Positions 1 through 9,724 of a stretch of DNA of 19,173 nt are shown piece after piece; the first letter of the stretch is position 1, and each line of letters starts with the position of its first letter. The stretch comes from an uncultured Pseudomonadota bacterium (GTDB lineage: Bacteria > SAR324 > NAC60-12). Where the stretch lies: assembly GCA_913020725.1 (NCBI GenBank), contig CAJWCD010000070.1, positions 1 to 19,173 on the forward strand. Reading direction: 5' to 3'. The notes beneath the pieces were generated by a model. The model was not told where the DNA came from and did not search any database. It worked only from the letters and a program-made list of their open reading frames with translations. The translations under genes were made by a program, and so were the position numbers.

Positions 1-358
1 CTGCTTTGCCGCCGAACATATACTTGAATTTTGCTGCTTGATTATATATTTGATCGAAACAGACTCCCATGAAGTCAACAAACATCATTTCTGCCACCGG
101 TCTCATTCCGCAGGCAGCCGCTCCGATTGCCGCTCCGATATAAGCGGATTCCGAAAGCGGGGTGTCCATGATCTGGTTTCCATGTTTCCCGTAGAGTCCT
201 TTAGTGACACCCATAGGTCCACCCCAAGCATCGTCTTCACCAGGACTTCCGGTGCCACCGATGCTATCCTCTCCCATTACAATAACTGACTTATCGCGTG
301 TCATCTCCTGATCGAGGGCTTCGTTAATTGCGTCTTTGAATGAAATAGTTCTTGCCAT
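1..358 (-). CDS. acoB: Acetoin dehydrogenase E1 beta subunit, N-terminal part (runs off the left edge)
   Basis: Not in the ORF track. Manual translation from ATG at 358 gives MARTISFKDAINEALDQEMTRDKSVIVMGED...GGPMGVTKGLY...DTPLSESAYIGAAIGAAACGMRPVAEMMFVDFMGVCFDQIYNQAAK, with typical E1-beta motifs. GAGGAA RBS upstream; follows acoA. Confidence 0.93.
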   Translation of the reverse strand, partial: MARTISFKDAINEALDQEMTRDKSVIVMGEDSIGGTGSPGEDDAWGGPMGVTKGLYGKHGNQIMDTPLSESAYIGAAIGAAACGMRPVAEMMFVDFMGVCFDQIYNQAAKFKYMFGGKA

Positions 359-402
359 TGTTCCTCTTTGTTTTTGGTGGTAGGCCGAGTAATATCACGG
401 CC

Positions 403-1386
403 TTAATAGTTGACATAAACATCAGTGAGCAAATCAACCTCAGTCGGAAATTCAGCTTCCCGGGCCTCAGAAACAGCCTCGTCAATTAAACTCACGATCT
501 CGGAATCACACGCTTCTAAATCGGCTTGGGACAGCACTCCGGCGGATGTAACAGATTTGCTGAAAGACTTAATGCAATCGCGGTTAGCGCGAATATCATC
601 TACTTCTCCAGCTGCACGGTAGGTTTGCGCATCGCCTTCAAAGTGTCCAAAAAACCGGATCATTTTGCATTCAAGTAGTGACGGGCCGCCGCCTTCTCTG
701 GCACGTCGGATGACTTCTCCGGCGGCTTCATAAACTGCAAAAATATCAGTACCGTCAACCGTCACTCCCGGCATTCCGAATCCGGTAGCACGATCCACAT
801 AACTGTCACCGGCCACCGCCCAATCCACCGAAGTAGATTCGGCATAACCGTTGTTTTCAACAACAAAAATTATCGGTAAATCCCAGATGGACGCAAGATT
901 CAGGCTTTCCAAAAAAGTTCCTTGATTTGAGGCTCCGTCGCCAATGAAACTGATAGCGATATCTCCCTTGCCCCGATATTTTGCGGCTAGTGCGGCTCCG
1001 CAGGCTAAAGGTGCACCTGCGCCGAGAATTCCGTTTGCGCCCATCATGCCCTTGTCAAGATCGGCAATGTGCATCGAACCTCCTTTTCCTCCGCAAACTC
1101 CAAGTTTTTTACCGAAGATTTCAGCCATCATACCTTTTACGTCCACACCTTTTGCGATACAGTGACCGTGTCCCCGGTGTGTGCTGGCGATACGGTCTTC
1201 CTGACGCAAGTGAGTCATAATACCTGTAGCAGATGCTTCCTCTCCAGCGTATAGGTGGACGAATCCTGGGATATCTCCACGAGAAAATTCAACGTGTACA
1301 CGCTCCTCAAATTCTCGGATTGTCCGCATGGTTTGATAAATTTGTAGTAGTTCTTCCCTGCTCAATGGGAATGGGTTATCACTCAT
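403..1386 (-). CDS. acoA: Acetoin dehydrogenase E1 alpha subunit (TPP-dependent)
   Basis: GFVHLYAGEEA, STHRGHGH, GKGGSMH, TPP motif GDGASNQG...ENNGY, RFFGHFEGD; lies between acoX and acoB. Confidence 0.95.
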   Translation of the reverse strand: MSDNPFPLSREELLQIYQTMRTIREFEERVHVEFSRGDIPGFVHLYAGEEASATGIMTHLRQEDRIASTHRGHGHCIAKGVDVKGMMAEIFGKKLGVCGGKGGSMHIADLDKGMMGANGILGAGAPLACGAALAAKYRGKGDIAISFIGDGASNQGTFLESLNLASIWDLPIIFVVENNGYAESTSVDWAVAGDSYVDRATGFGMPGVTVDGTDIFAVYEAAGEVIRRAREGGGPSLLECKMIRFFGHFEGDAQTYRAAGEVDDIRANRDCIKSFSKSVTSAGVLSQADLEACDSEIVSLIDEAVSEAREAEFPTEVDLLTDVYVNY

Positions 1387-1400
1387 GATATATCCATAAT

Positions 1401-2498
1401 TTAGGTTGGTAACAAATCAAGGGGTGCTCCGACCAAAAGTCGATGCTTCCCAGTGTAGCGCATACATGCACCCACATCAACAGTCCGGAAGGCCTTTTCA
1501 TGCAGTGTAACTTGCACCGTGTCTTCTGTACCAAATTCAAGTTCGCGCTCTCCGTCCAAAGCAATCGTTCCTGCGGATTGCCGTAAAGTAACCGGCATTC
1601 CGGCACCAAGTTTCTGCCAAGATTGCACTCCTACGGTGCGGATAAGTCCGGGAGCAATCGGAACTTGTAATGCGGTTATTGCTTGTTCCGGAACAGCCAG
1701 CGAAACATGCAAGCCCCCGGAATCATTGCGACCAATCGGTTCTAACAATCCAGCAATTGCTGACATACCAATCACTTCAGGGTCGGAAAATGTCACAAAG
1801 AGTTCACGCAGATTTTCGGTGCGCCAAAGCGCACGTGCTCCGATGTAGCGTTCGGTCGAAACCACAACGTCCACCAAGGCAATATCGCGGCGTTCTCCAC
1901 CGTTGATCTCCACATATAACACCTTGTTCGGAGCAAAAGCAATACTTTCCGGAATGCGCCCGGTGGCTGCCAGCCCGACAGCCAATCCGGTAATCGTCGG
2001 TTCACGGTGTTCTGGAAAAGCGTTGTTCGTTCCGGTAGAAATCCCGGCAATCGGCACTTGTCCGCAAACTTTGACGACCGCCCGATGAGTGCCATCACCT
2101 CCGAGTACAACAATCGCTTTGACTCCAGAATCAGCCATGGCTTGGGTTGCTGCAAAAGTATCGTCAACAGTCCCGGAAATCGGAGTGTCCGTCATTTCAA
2201 GTTCAGGAAAACGATTATCGCCGAGCTTTTGCTCACGTTGCAAGCCGCGCTTGAGCAAACTACGGATACCGCCGTTTTCCGGCATCATCAACACCCGATT
2301 CACACCACAAGCCCGCATAGCAGCCAGAACGTGCATGACGATATTTGCACGATCCGCAACCTGTAAACTGGTAGCATTGGCAATCACACGGCGAATATCC
2401 CGTGCCGAAACCGGATTGGCCACGAGGCCAACGCTTATTGTGGAAGAATTTGTGTCCAAAGATTCCTGTTTTCTGCCGAGGTTTACAGTGGATTTCAT
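1401..2498 (-). CDS. acoX: AcoX, ATP-NAD kinase-like protein of acetoin catabolism
   Basis: ANPVSARDIRR, LGGDGT, ISTGTNNAFPE and ALDGERE motifs; directly upstream of acoA as in acoXABC operons. Confidence 0.92.
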   Translation of the reverse strand: MKSTVNLGRKQESLDTNSSTISVGLVANPVSARDIRRVIANATSLQVADRANIVMHVLAAMRACGVNRVLMMPENGGIRSLLKRGLQREQKLGDNRFPELEMTDTPISGTVDDTFAATQAMADSGVKAIVVLGGDGTHRAVVKVCGQVPIAGISTGTNNAFPEHREPTITGLAVGLAATGRIPESIAFAPNKVLYVEINGGERRDIALVDVVVSTERYIGARALWRTENLRELFVTFSDPEVIGMSAIAGLLEPIGRNDSGGLHVSLAVPEQAITALQVPIAPGLIRTVGVQSWQKLGAGMPVTLRQSAGTIALDGERELEFGTEDTVQVTLHEKAFRTVDVGACMRYTGKHRLLVGAPLDLLPT

Positions 2499-2526
2499 GC
2501 TTTAAAGGCTCCCGATCCTGTTTTGA

Positions 2527-2871
2527 TTAGATGGAACTCTCCCCCAAGAAGCTCACCAAGGCAAGCAAGGTGCAGACACCGACAAGGATGGCCAGCCAGA
2601 GCCGTTTGCCGAATCCGTAGAAGACGAGATATGCGCTGCCAATCGCAATGAGGCGATAGGCGATCGGAACTTCCGCGAGCATGCCGACCGGAAAGATCAG
2701 GGTTCGGGCGACCAAGCCTCCGATGATCGCATAGGCGACACATCCGAACCATTGAAAAACTGGACTATTGGGGTTGAGCCGATGTCCGATCAACACGGCG
2801 GCATAGCGCCAGCCATAAGTGGCAAGAGCGGCAACCGCCAGCATGGTCCAAGCGTAAAGTTCCTTTTCCAT
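2527..2871 (-). CDS. azlD: AzlD-family membrane protein (small subunit of AzlCD-type exporter)
   Basis: 114 aa hydrophobic protein from ATG 2871 (MEKELYAW...ATYGWR), GGGGAG RBS; follows the azlC-like gene. The ORF-track start at 2961 overlaps azlC and is unlikely. Confidence 0.75.
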   Translation of the reverse strand: MEKELYAWTMLAVAALATYGWRYAAVLIGHRLNPNSPVFQWFGCVAYAIIGGLVARTLIFPVGMLAEVPIAYRLIAIGSAYLVFYGFGKRLWLAILVGVCTLLALVSFLGESSI

Positions 2872-2885
2872 GCGCACTCCCCTTG

Positions 2886-3668
2886 CTACCGTTTGGAAAA
2901 CTTCAGTCCGATGCCAAACGCGAACGTTCCAGCCAACAATCCGGTCACAACCATGCCCCATTCCGGTAACAGCAGATGCAATGGCGGTCCCAAGGCACAG
3001 CCCGCCACAAACGCGAAGAGGTTGCTGAACTGAGGCGTGTTGGACATGATCAACCCAAAGTAGATGGGAATCATGAACACCAGTCCTAAAGTCACGATGT
3101 GGGGCAGGATTCCGGCCAGCACATAACCCTGAAATGCCCCCAGCGTTCCGGCCACCATGCAGGTGGACGAAAAACCGATAAAATACGGGGCACGTTGCTC
3201 CGGAGGGATTTCAGGTCCGTGCTTCATGAAATCAACCCAAGTGTTGATGGAGATCAGATGCGCAAGGACATAGTGCCATTTGCGGTTGCGGGTGGCTCCG
3301 TGAAAGAGGGGCATGAGGGAGAGGGTCATCGGCAGAAAGCGGGCGTTGACGACAGCCACCGCGACAGCAATCGTGAAGACCGAAACCCCCAGGCCGAATA
3401 ACTCGACAAACACGACTTGCCCCGGAAGCGCCCAGATGATTGCTGGCGCGAGGGTTGTGATCCAAAGGCTCAGTCCGCTCTCCCGTGCCAGCGATCCGAA
3501 TCCCGTCTGCGCCGTGTAGAGGATCAAGGCCGGTGTGCCGAAGGCATTCACCACGCCCTGCCAAAACGCAGCTTTCCCGGAAGCGAAGCGAAGCCGAAAC
3601 CGAGATTCCTGAAGGGTAGATTCGGTTTTAGGAAGTTCCAGATGCTCGGTGCCGGAGGCTCGTTTCAT
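2886..3668 (-). CDS. azlC: AzlC-family membrane permease
   Basis: Multi-TM protein with GFGSLA, WALPGQV and VNARFLPMTLSL motifs. Start placed at ATG 3668, 2 nt after the nbaC stop; start uncertain. Confidence 0.82.
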   Translation of the reverse strand: MKRASGTEHLELPKTESTLQESRFRLRFASGKAAFWQGVVNAFGTPALILYTAQTGFGSLARESGLSLWITTLAPAIIWALPGQVVFVELFGLGVSVFTIAVAVAVVNARFLPMTLSLMPLFHGATRNRKWHYVLAHLISINTWVDFMKHGPEIPPEQRAPYFIGFSSTCMVAGTLGAFQGYVLAGILPHIVTLGLVFMIPIYFGLIMSNTPQFSNLFAFVAGCALGPPLHLLLPEWGMVVTGLLAGTFAFGIGLKFSKR

Positions 3669-3670
3669 CC

Positions 3671-4307
<637 letters not shown>

Positions 4308-4330
4308 AGGAACGTCCGCTTCTTATTCAG

Positions 4331-4849
4331 TCACAAATCCTGATCCACCTCCAAGGGCGCCGTGAGAGCCAGCCGCTGCAACGGTGCGCAAATGCGCTGA
4401 TTGCACGACTGAAAATGCAGTTCCCCTTTCCAATCCTGCACTCCGGACTTGGTCCCTTCCGCAATTTTGAAACGCTGAGTCAGCACAAAGGCTTGCCGAT
4501 GCACAGGCAGTTTCACTCCAAACGCTTCGTCCTCAACCCACTCCGGTTGCGTTTCCTGCAAGACGCCGACGGCGAGGTGCGTGGCCGTTGATGTCACGAT
4601 CCGTGTGGGTTCCGGACCGTCTGCGGGTGACACCAAAATCGAATAGAGGTACCATCCTGTCACCGGAAAGACACGGACCGTGAGCGTCACGATTTCGCCT
4701 ACTTTTGCGGTGTAGTGGTCGAACTCGACGTAGGTTTTTGGAGGTGGCGGGGTGGTGGCTTCAAGAAAGCCCGAAAACCCCTGACCCCAGAGCAGGGCAG
4801 GGGCCAGCAGGAAAGTTGCGGCGAGCCAGAGTCCGGAGTTCCGGAACAT
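4331..4849 (-). CDS. Exported stand-alone DsbD N-terminal (alpha) domain protein
   Basis: N-terminal signal peptide, GWYLYS strand and FQSCNQRICAP (CxxxxC) like the DsbD-alpha active site; no transmembrane or thioredoxin domain. Confidence 0.8.
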   Translation of the reverse strand: MFRNSGLWLAATFLLAPALLWGQGFSGFLEATTPPPPKTYVEFDHYTAKVGEIVTLTVRVFPVTGWYLYSILVSPADGPEPTRIVTSTATHLAVGVLQETQPEWVEDEAFGVKLPVHRQAFVLTQRFKIAEGTKSGVQDWKGELHFQSCNQRICAPLQRLALTAPLEVDQDL

Positions 4850-4852
4850 GGC

Positions 4853-6754
4853 TCAAGAGGCGCTGGGCAGCGTGAACAACGGGTTGATGACTTCGACCGT
4901 TGCGGACTTCCGGAGTTGCTGCACGCGCAGTGCCAGCATGGCTTGGTGCAGGGTTTGCTCCAGTCGTATCCGCACTTGATTGCGCTGAGTCGTGGCTTGC
5001 TCGGCGTCAAGCGTCCGACCCTTGATGAGCATCAGGTCGACACGTTCCGCAGTTTCGCTGAGGGCAAAAGGTTGCTCGACGGTGAGCCGCAGAGCAGCTT
5101 TGCGGAATTCTAGATTTTCGCCAAGTTTCGGCAGGAAACGTGTGGCGGCGGTGAACTTGGCGTTCTCCACTTCCAGTCCGTGCTGCTTTGCCAGCGTCTC
5201 CAGCGCAGCCCCAGAGTCCATGCCCTCCAGCGCCTGTTGCGCGGTTTGCTTGGCCAGCACAGAAGCTTTCTGCAAACGCACAGCGGCTGCCACTTGCTCC
5301 TTCGCCTCAAACAACGAAAGCGGCTTGGGTGTTTCGCGCTCTAGCAACTTGTAAAACAAATGCCCTTGCATGGGGTTGCGTTTCCACGCTCCAGAATCTC
5401 CGGGTTGCTTGCTCGCAAACTCAGGAACCAGCGAGAACGCGGAGCCAAAGCCCTCGACGACGGTGTTGCGTTCAAACCAGTCCGTGGACTTGAGTTCGCC
5501 GCCGTGGGTGGTAGCCAACTCGCTGGGGACGGGCGCGGCCCCCAAGCTGGAGTGATGCTCCAAAAGCTCTGCCAGCACCTTTTCGGCACGCCGATCAGCC
5601 AACTGCTCGGTGATCTCTGCCCGGACGTCCTCCAGAGCCTTCTCCGTGCCGTCCTTGCGCTCTTCCACCAGAATGAGATGCAGCCCAAAGGGCGAGGTCA
5701 CGACTTCGCTGAGCTGGCCGGATTCCAGCAAAAACGCAGCGGTTTCAAAAGCCGGAACCATCTCTCCGGGCTTGAACCAACCCAAATCACCACCCTGAGA
5801 CGCCGAAAAGTCTTCTGACAATTCCTTGGCCAGTTCCTCAAAGGACTCGCCTTGAGCGACACGTTCGCGGACGACATTGAGTTCGGCTTTGCGCTCGGCA
5901 ATCTGGTCCTCGGTCGCACCAGATTCAACCTTGAAGAGGAGGTGCCGGGCACGCACTTCCGGAGGCGTGGTGTACTGTTCGCGGTTGCGCTCGAAGTAGC
6001 GGCGCATCTCGCGTTCCTTCACTTTGGCAGTGTCCCGGAACAGATCGAGCGGTAGCACAACATACTCGATCTTGAAGCGCTCCTGTGACTGAAAATCGTT
6101 GGGGTTGGCCTCGTGGTGTCTGGCGAGTTCGGCATCACTGACCTCCACCTTGTCAAGGAATTTTTTTGGATCAAAGTACAGATACGCCACCTCCACCTGC
6201 TCATGTTCGGCAAGGTAGGCCTGTTCCACCTCGGCAGCGCTCACGAACAGTCCGGCGCCTAACAAGGCCTGTTGCTTCTGCACCAGCAAATCATGTCGAG
6301 AACTGTCTTCGTAATCGTTGAGAGGAATCCGGTTCTGGTTGAGGATGGTGGTGTAGGTTTCGTAGTCGAACTGGCCGTCTTTTTGAAAAAATGGCTGCTG
6401 GCGAATGTACTCCTGCAACTCAAGATCAGTGACCAGCAATCCTTGGGTCTCCGCTGCCTGCACGAGCAAGGCCTGATCCACCAACTGTTGCAGCACCTGA
6501 TTGCGGAGGCCAAGCTGTTCGGCAAGTTTATCCGCGCTGTCTCCAAAAGTGCGGCGCAGGTTTTCCATCTGATTCTGGTAGGCCCGTTGGAAGTCCTTGA
6601 GCAAAACATCCTGGCCGTTCACAGTGGCCAACACCTCCTTGCGCTCCCCAAAAAAGGAGCCGACCCCGAAAGAGATCACCAGGGTGACCGCAATAACGAG
6701 TAGGAGGAGCTTGAAGAAGAGGCTTTGCGAATACTCTCGCAGTTCTTGAATCAT
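4853..6754 (-). CDS. ppiD: PpiD/SurA-family membrane-anchored periplasmic chaperone and parvulin PPIase
   Basis: 633 aa; N-terminal TM anchor, SurA N domain, parvulin motifs VRARHLL, FEELAKELSED, GGDLGWF, MVPAFE, SPFGLHLI. Confidence 0.9.
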   Translation of the reverse strand: MIQELREYSQSLFFKLLLLVIAVTLVISFGVGSFFGERKEVLATVNGQDVLLKDFQRAYQNQMENLRRTFGDSADKLAEQLGLRNQVLQQLVDQALLVQAAETQGLLVTDLELQEYIRQQPFFQKDGQFDYETYTTILNQNRIPLNDYEDSSRHDLLVQKQQALLGAGLFVSAAEVEQAYLAEHEQVEVAYLYFDPKKFLDKVEVSDAELARHHEANPNDFQSQERFKIEYVVLPLDLFRDTAKVKEREMRRYFERNREQYTTPPEVRARHLLFKVESGATEDQIAERKAELNVVRERVAQGESFEELAKELSEDFSASQGGDLGWFKPGEMVPAFETAAFLLESGQLSEVVTSPFGLHLILVEERKDGTEKALEDVRAEITEQLADRRAEKVLAELLEHHSSLGAAPVPSELATTHGGELKSTDWFERNTVVEGFGSAFSLVPEFASKQPGDSGAWKRNPMQGHLFYKLLERETPKPLSLFEAKEQVAAAVRLQKASVLAKQTAQQALEGMDSGAALETLAKQHGLEVENAKFTAATRFLPKLGENLEFRKAALRLTVEQPFALSETAERVDLMLIKGRTLDAEQATTQRNQVRIRLEQTLHQAMLALRVQQLRKSATVEVINPLFTLPSAS

Positions 6755-6792
6755 AGTGAGGTTGTGATCTGATTGTTATTCCAAAATAAATC

Positions 6793-6821
6793 AGTATTAC
6801 GTTCCCACCGCAGGGGTGCAA
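6793..6821 (-). promoter_or_regulatory. Candidate sigma70 promoter for ppiD
   Basis: Minus strand TTGCAC-17 nt-AATACT in the intergenic gap. Confidence 0.35.
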
Positions 6822-6839
6822 GTCGAATGCGACTGAGGC

Positions 6840-7079
6840 TCAGGCGTGTCCGGATTCATCATCGGGATTTTCGAGCCAGATGTAATCCTGCACCTCAAAG
6901 CGGATGCGGTGCATGACGAGATAGGAGATGAAGAGTTCTAGGTCCAGCCCAGTGAACTCCAGTTTCTGTGCGCGGTTGTCCACCACCATGCTGTAAGCGT
7001 AATCGGTGCGCTGGAGCATTTGGCAGAGCATGTCCCACTCTCCGGACATCTCGATGACATGAATCACAATTTTGTACAT
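6840..7079 (-). CDS. Small hypothetical protein (79 aa)
   Basis: MYKIVIHVIEMSGEWDMLCQML...; fills the gap between rlmI and ppiD on the same strand; GGGG RBS before ATG 7079; protein-like amphipathic pattern. Confidence 0.7.
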   Translation of the reverse strand: MYKIVIHVIEMSGEWDMLCQMLQRTDYAYSMVVDNRAQKLEFTGLDLELFISYLVMHRIRFEVQDYIWLENPDDESGHA

Positions 7080-7138
7080 GAAACCCCGTTGGAAATGAAG
7101 TGAGAACCATTGGATTGAAACGAATTGGACGGGCGATG

Positions 7139-8332
7139 TCAAGTGCGGCGCACCAACAATCCCGTGAGGTATTCGCCTTCCGGAAAGTGCAGCGCTCCAG
7201 CGTGGTCCGGAGCCGGACCCAGCACCTCAATCACGCGGCCCTCCACTCCGGCATCCAACGCGGCGGAGCCGATCACCTTGCGAAAAAGCGCAGGCCCCAC
7301 ACCTGCCGAGCAGGAGCAGGTGAGCAGTAACCCTCCAGGAGCCAGCAACCGGAATGCCCAGAGGTTGATGTCCTTGTAGGCCCGCGATGCCTTTTCAGCG
7401 TGTTTGGCGGTGGGGGCAAATTTTGGAGGATCAAGGATGATGAGATCAAACGTGGCCACCGCGTCCCGAAGTCGGCGCAAATGCTCAAACACATCCGCCT
7501 CGACCAGAGTGATGTCCCGGTCCTCAAATCCGTTCATGCGGCAGTGCTGCTCCACCAGCGCCAGTGCAGGTTTCGAGGACTCAATCGCCGTCACCGACTC
7601 CGCCCCACCCTGCAACGCAGCGAGCGTGAAACCGCCGGTGTAGCAGAAGGCATCCAGAACGCGCTTTCCGGAGGCAAGGGTTCGCACCCGCTCACGGTTG
7701 TCGCGCTGGTCAAGGTACAACCCGGTTTTCTGTCCCTTTTCGACATCCACCTCCAGCGTCAACCCCTGCTCCGTGATCTGGAGGGGTTCCGGGAGCGTTC
7801 CGGAAAGCAGACCCCGACGCCGCTCCAGCCCTTCCAATTTGCGTACTTCGGCATCGGAACGTTCGTAAATCGCAGTGCATTCCGTCAGTTCGTTCAGCAG
7901 ACCCACCAAAGTGTCCCGCCACTGATCGGTTCCGACGCTTAGGCATTGCAACACCAACACCTCTCCGTACTGATCCACGATCAGCCCCGGCAGGCCATCC
8001 GCCTCGCCATGAACAAGTCGCCGTGCGTTGCTTTGGAAATCCGGAAGGACAGTCTGCCGAAACTGAAGGGCCGCCGAGAGCCGCTTCCGGAAGAACTCAT
8101 CGTCTATGGATTCATCCTCCTGCCAGCTCCAAATCCGAACACGAATCTGCGAGCTAGGGCTCCATGCCCCCCACGCGAGAAAATGACCGTCTGCGTTTTC
8201 GACCCGCACGGTGGCTCCGGGATCTGGCGAGCCAGCGACCCGCTCCACGGCTCCGGAGAAAACCCAAGGGTGTCGACGCTGGAGAGATTTCTCCCGCCCT
8301 AGTTTCAGTGTGATTTTAGAATGGTTTGTCAC
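7139..8332 (-). CDS. rlmI: RlmI-family 23S rRNA m5C methyltransferase
   Basis: PUA domain RRHPWVFSGAV, HGEADGLPGLIVD, GQKTGLYLDQRDNR, VLDAFCYTGGF, DPPKF, CSCS, EYL; GTG start overlaps the upstream TAG. Confidence 0.9.
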   Translation of the reverse strand: MTNHSKITLKLGREKSLQRRHPWVFSGAVERVAGSPDPGATVRVENADGHFLAWGAWSPSSQIRVRIWSWQEDESIDDEFFRKRLSAALQFRQTVLPDFQSNARRLVHGEADGLPGLIVDQYGEVLVLQCLSVGTDQWRDTLVGLLNELTECTAIYERSDAEVRKLEGLERRRGLLSGTLPEPLQITEQGLTLEVDVEKGQKTGLYLDQRDNRERVRTLASGKRVLDAFCYTGGFTLAALQGGAESVTAIESSKPALALVEQHCRMNGFEDRDITLVEADVFEHLRRLRDAVATFDLIILDPPKFAPTAKHAEKASRAYKDINLWAFRLLAPGGLLLTCSCSAGVGPALFRKVIGSAALDAGVEGRVIEVLGPAPDHAGALHFPEGEYLTGLLVRRT

Positions 8333-9636
8333 TATGGAAGTTTTTCGAGAGCATGACCGTTGTGGATTTCGAGGTGCAGGTCCACCCTCCGGTTCTTCAT
8401 GCGCATTGGAATGGAGGTGTTTTCTACAGTCGGTTTGAGATGGGCGCGGCCTGTGACATAAACTCGTTCCCGAGGAAAGTCGAGCTTTTCCGTGATGTAC
8501 TGGCTGGCCACAAGGGCGCGGCGGTGTGAGAGAAAGAGATTCACTGCACTGTAGTTGCCTGTGCTGTCCGTGTGCCCGATGAGCTTGAGTTGCACCTCCA
8601 GCGGCTTCAATAGCGGGATCAGACGGTTCAGCAATTCCTTATGCCCCGGAAGCAGGATGGCCTCATTGAACTTGAAGCCCTCCAAGCTGGCGGCGAGCTT
8701 AAGTGAGGTGATCTTGAACACATCCGCATGGACAAGCGCATTTTCCTGCAACACTTGCAGCACCTCGGAGACCGACGAAGCCTCGCTGATTTTGACCGGT
8801 TGGGGCTGAGAAACCGGCTCGGTTTTCTCAGCTTGTGCGACTTGAGCGGCTTGTGCTGCTTGCGCCGTCCGAGTCGCTTGTTCCGCCTGAGTGACCTGCT
8901 CGAGCAGGGCTTGCGCCTTAGACTGCAAATCGGCGATTTCGGTGTCTGCGGACTCCAACCGGTTTTGTGTGGTGCTGAAACGCTTTTCCAGCTCTGAGTG
9001 ATCACTTTCCGTTTTTGCAACCTGCTGGTTGAGGTCCGTGATCTGAGTTTGCAGAGCCGTTCGCTCGGCTTGCAAATCGGCAACCTGTTGCTCCAGTTGC
9101 TGGGTGTCCGGCGCCGTTGCCAGTTTTGCCTCCAAGCTGTTCACCTGCTCAGCGGCGCCTTGGTAGAAAATCACGCCAATGATGATGGAAGCGAGCAACA
9201 GCACTCCCCAGATCACATGCGGAATCGGGCTGTTTGATGAGGTCTCGGTCGCCGATGCCTCTTCTGGCCACGGTTGAGGTGCAGGAGGCAGTTGCTTGGG
9301 AGGTGGTGGCGGTGTCTGAGTCGGAGGCGGGGTCGGACGCGGCGGTTCGGGTTGAGCAAGCTGATCCGGATGCACAGCCTGTTCGATGGCCGGAAGTTGT
9401 CCGGCAAACCATGCGGCAGCTTTGGGGGTAAAGCGGTAATTTTCCCGGATGTGCTTGAGGGTCCGGAGTTCTGTCTCCGTGACGCGCCCGCCGTCCTTGG
9501 ACAACTCGACAAGCTCTTTCGCATCCTGTTCAGAAATGCGGCCATCCCCCTGTCCAGCAATCCGTTCATCTGCCGCTTCCAGCAACGAACGGTCGTAGCG
9601 GACTCCGTGAATCGTCTTGTAATAACTCTGTGCCAT
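8332..9636 (-). CDS. Single-pass membrane protein: unknown N-terminal domain, Pro-rich linker, TM helix, coiled coil, C-terminal OmpA/MotB-type peptidoglycan-binding domain
   Basis: C-terminal IGHTDSTG...NLFLSHRRA...KNRRVD motif; TM VIWGVLLLASIIIGVIFY; Q/E/A-rich heptads. Confidence 0.85.
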   Translation of the reverse strand: MAQSYYKTIHGVRYDRSLLEAADERIAGQGDGRISEQDAKELVELSKDGGRVTETELRTLKHIRENYRFTPKAAAWFAGQLPAIEQAVHPDQLAQPEPPRPTPPPTQTPPPPPKQLPPAPQPWPEEASATETSSNSPIPHVIWGVLLLASIIIGVIFYQGAAEQVNSLEAKLATAPDTQQLEQQVADLQAERTALQTQITDLNQQVAKTESDHSELEKRFSTTQNRLESADTEIADLQSKAQALLEQVTQAEQATRTAQAAQAAQVAQAEKTEPVSQPQPVKISEASSVSEVLQVLQENALVHADVFKITSLKLAASLEGFKFNEAILLPGHKELLNRLIPLLKPLEVQLKLIGHTDSTGNYSAVNLFLSHRRALVASQYITEKLDFPRERVYVTGRAHLKPTVENTSIPMRMKNRRVDLHLEIHNGHALEKLP

Positions 9637-9671
9637 ACGTCTTTTTTGTTTCCGTTTGCTTCAAGAAGCAA

Positions 9672-9716
9672 AGGGTAGTCCAATTTGGCAGCCCGTACAA
9701 GTTCTTATGCTAAGAA
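9672..9716 (-). promoter_or_regulatory. Candidate sigma70 promoter with adjacent palindrome for the OmpA-domain gene and rlmI
   Basis: Minus strand TTGTAC-17 nt-TACCCT (9700-9672); palindrome TTCTTA-TGC-TAAGAA at 9702-9716 just upstream of the -35. Confidence 0.45.
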
Positions 9717-9724
9717 TCATGCGC

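Noticed and set aside
38..289. 83-aa plus-strand ORF
   Set aside because: Antisense to acoB.
9255..9352. Low-complexity GC-rich repeats
   Set aside because: Explained by the Pro-rich linker of the OmpA-domain protein.
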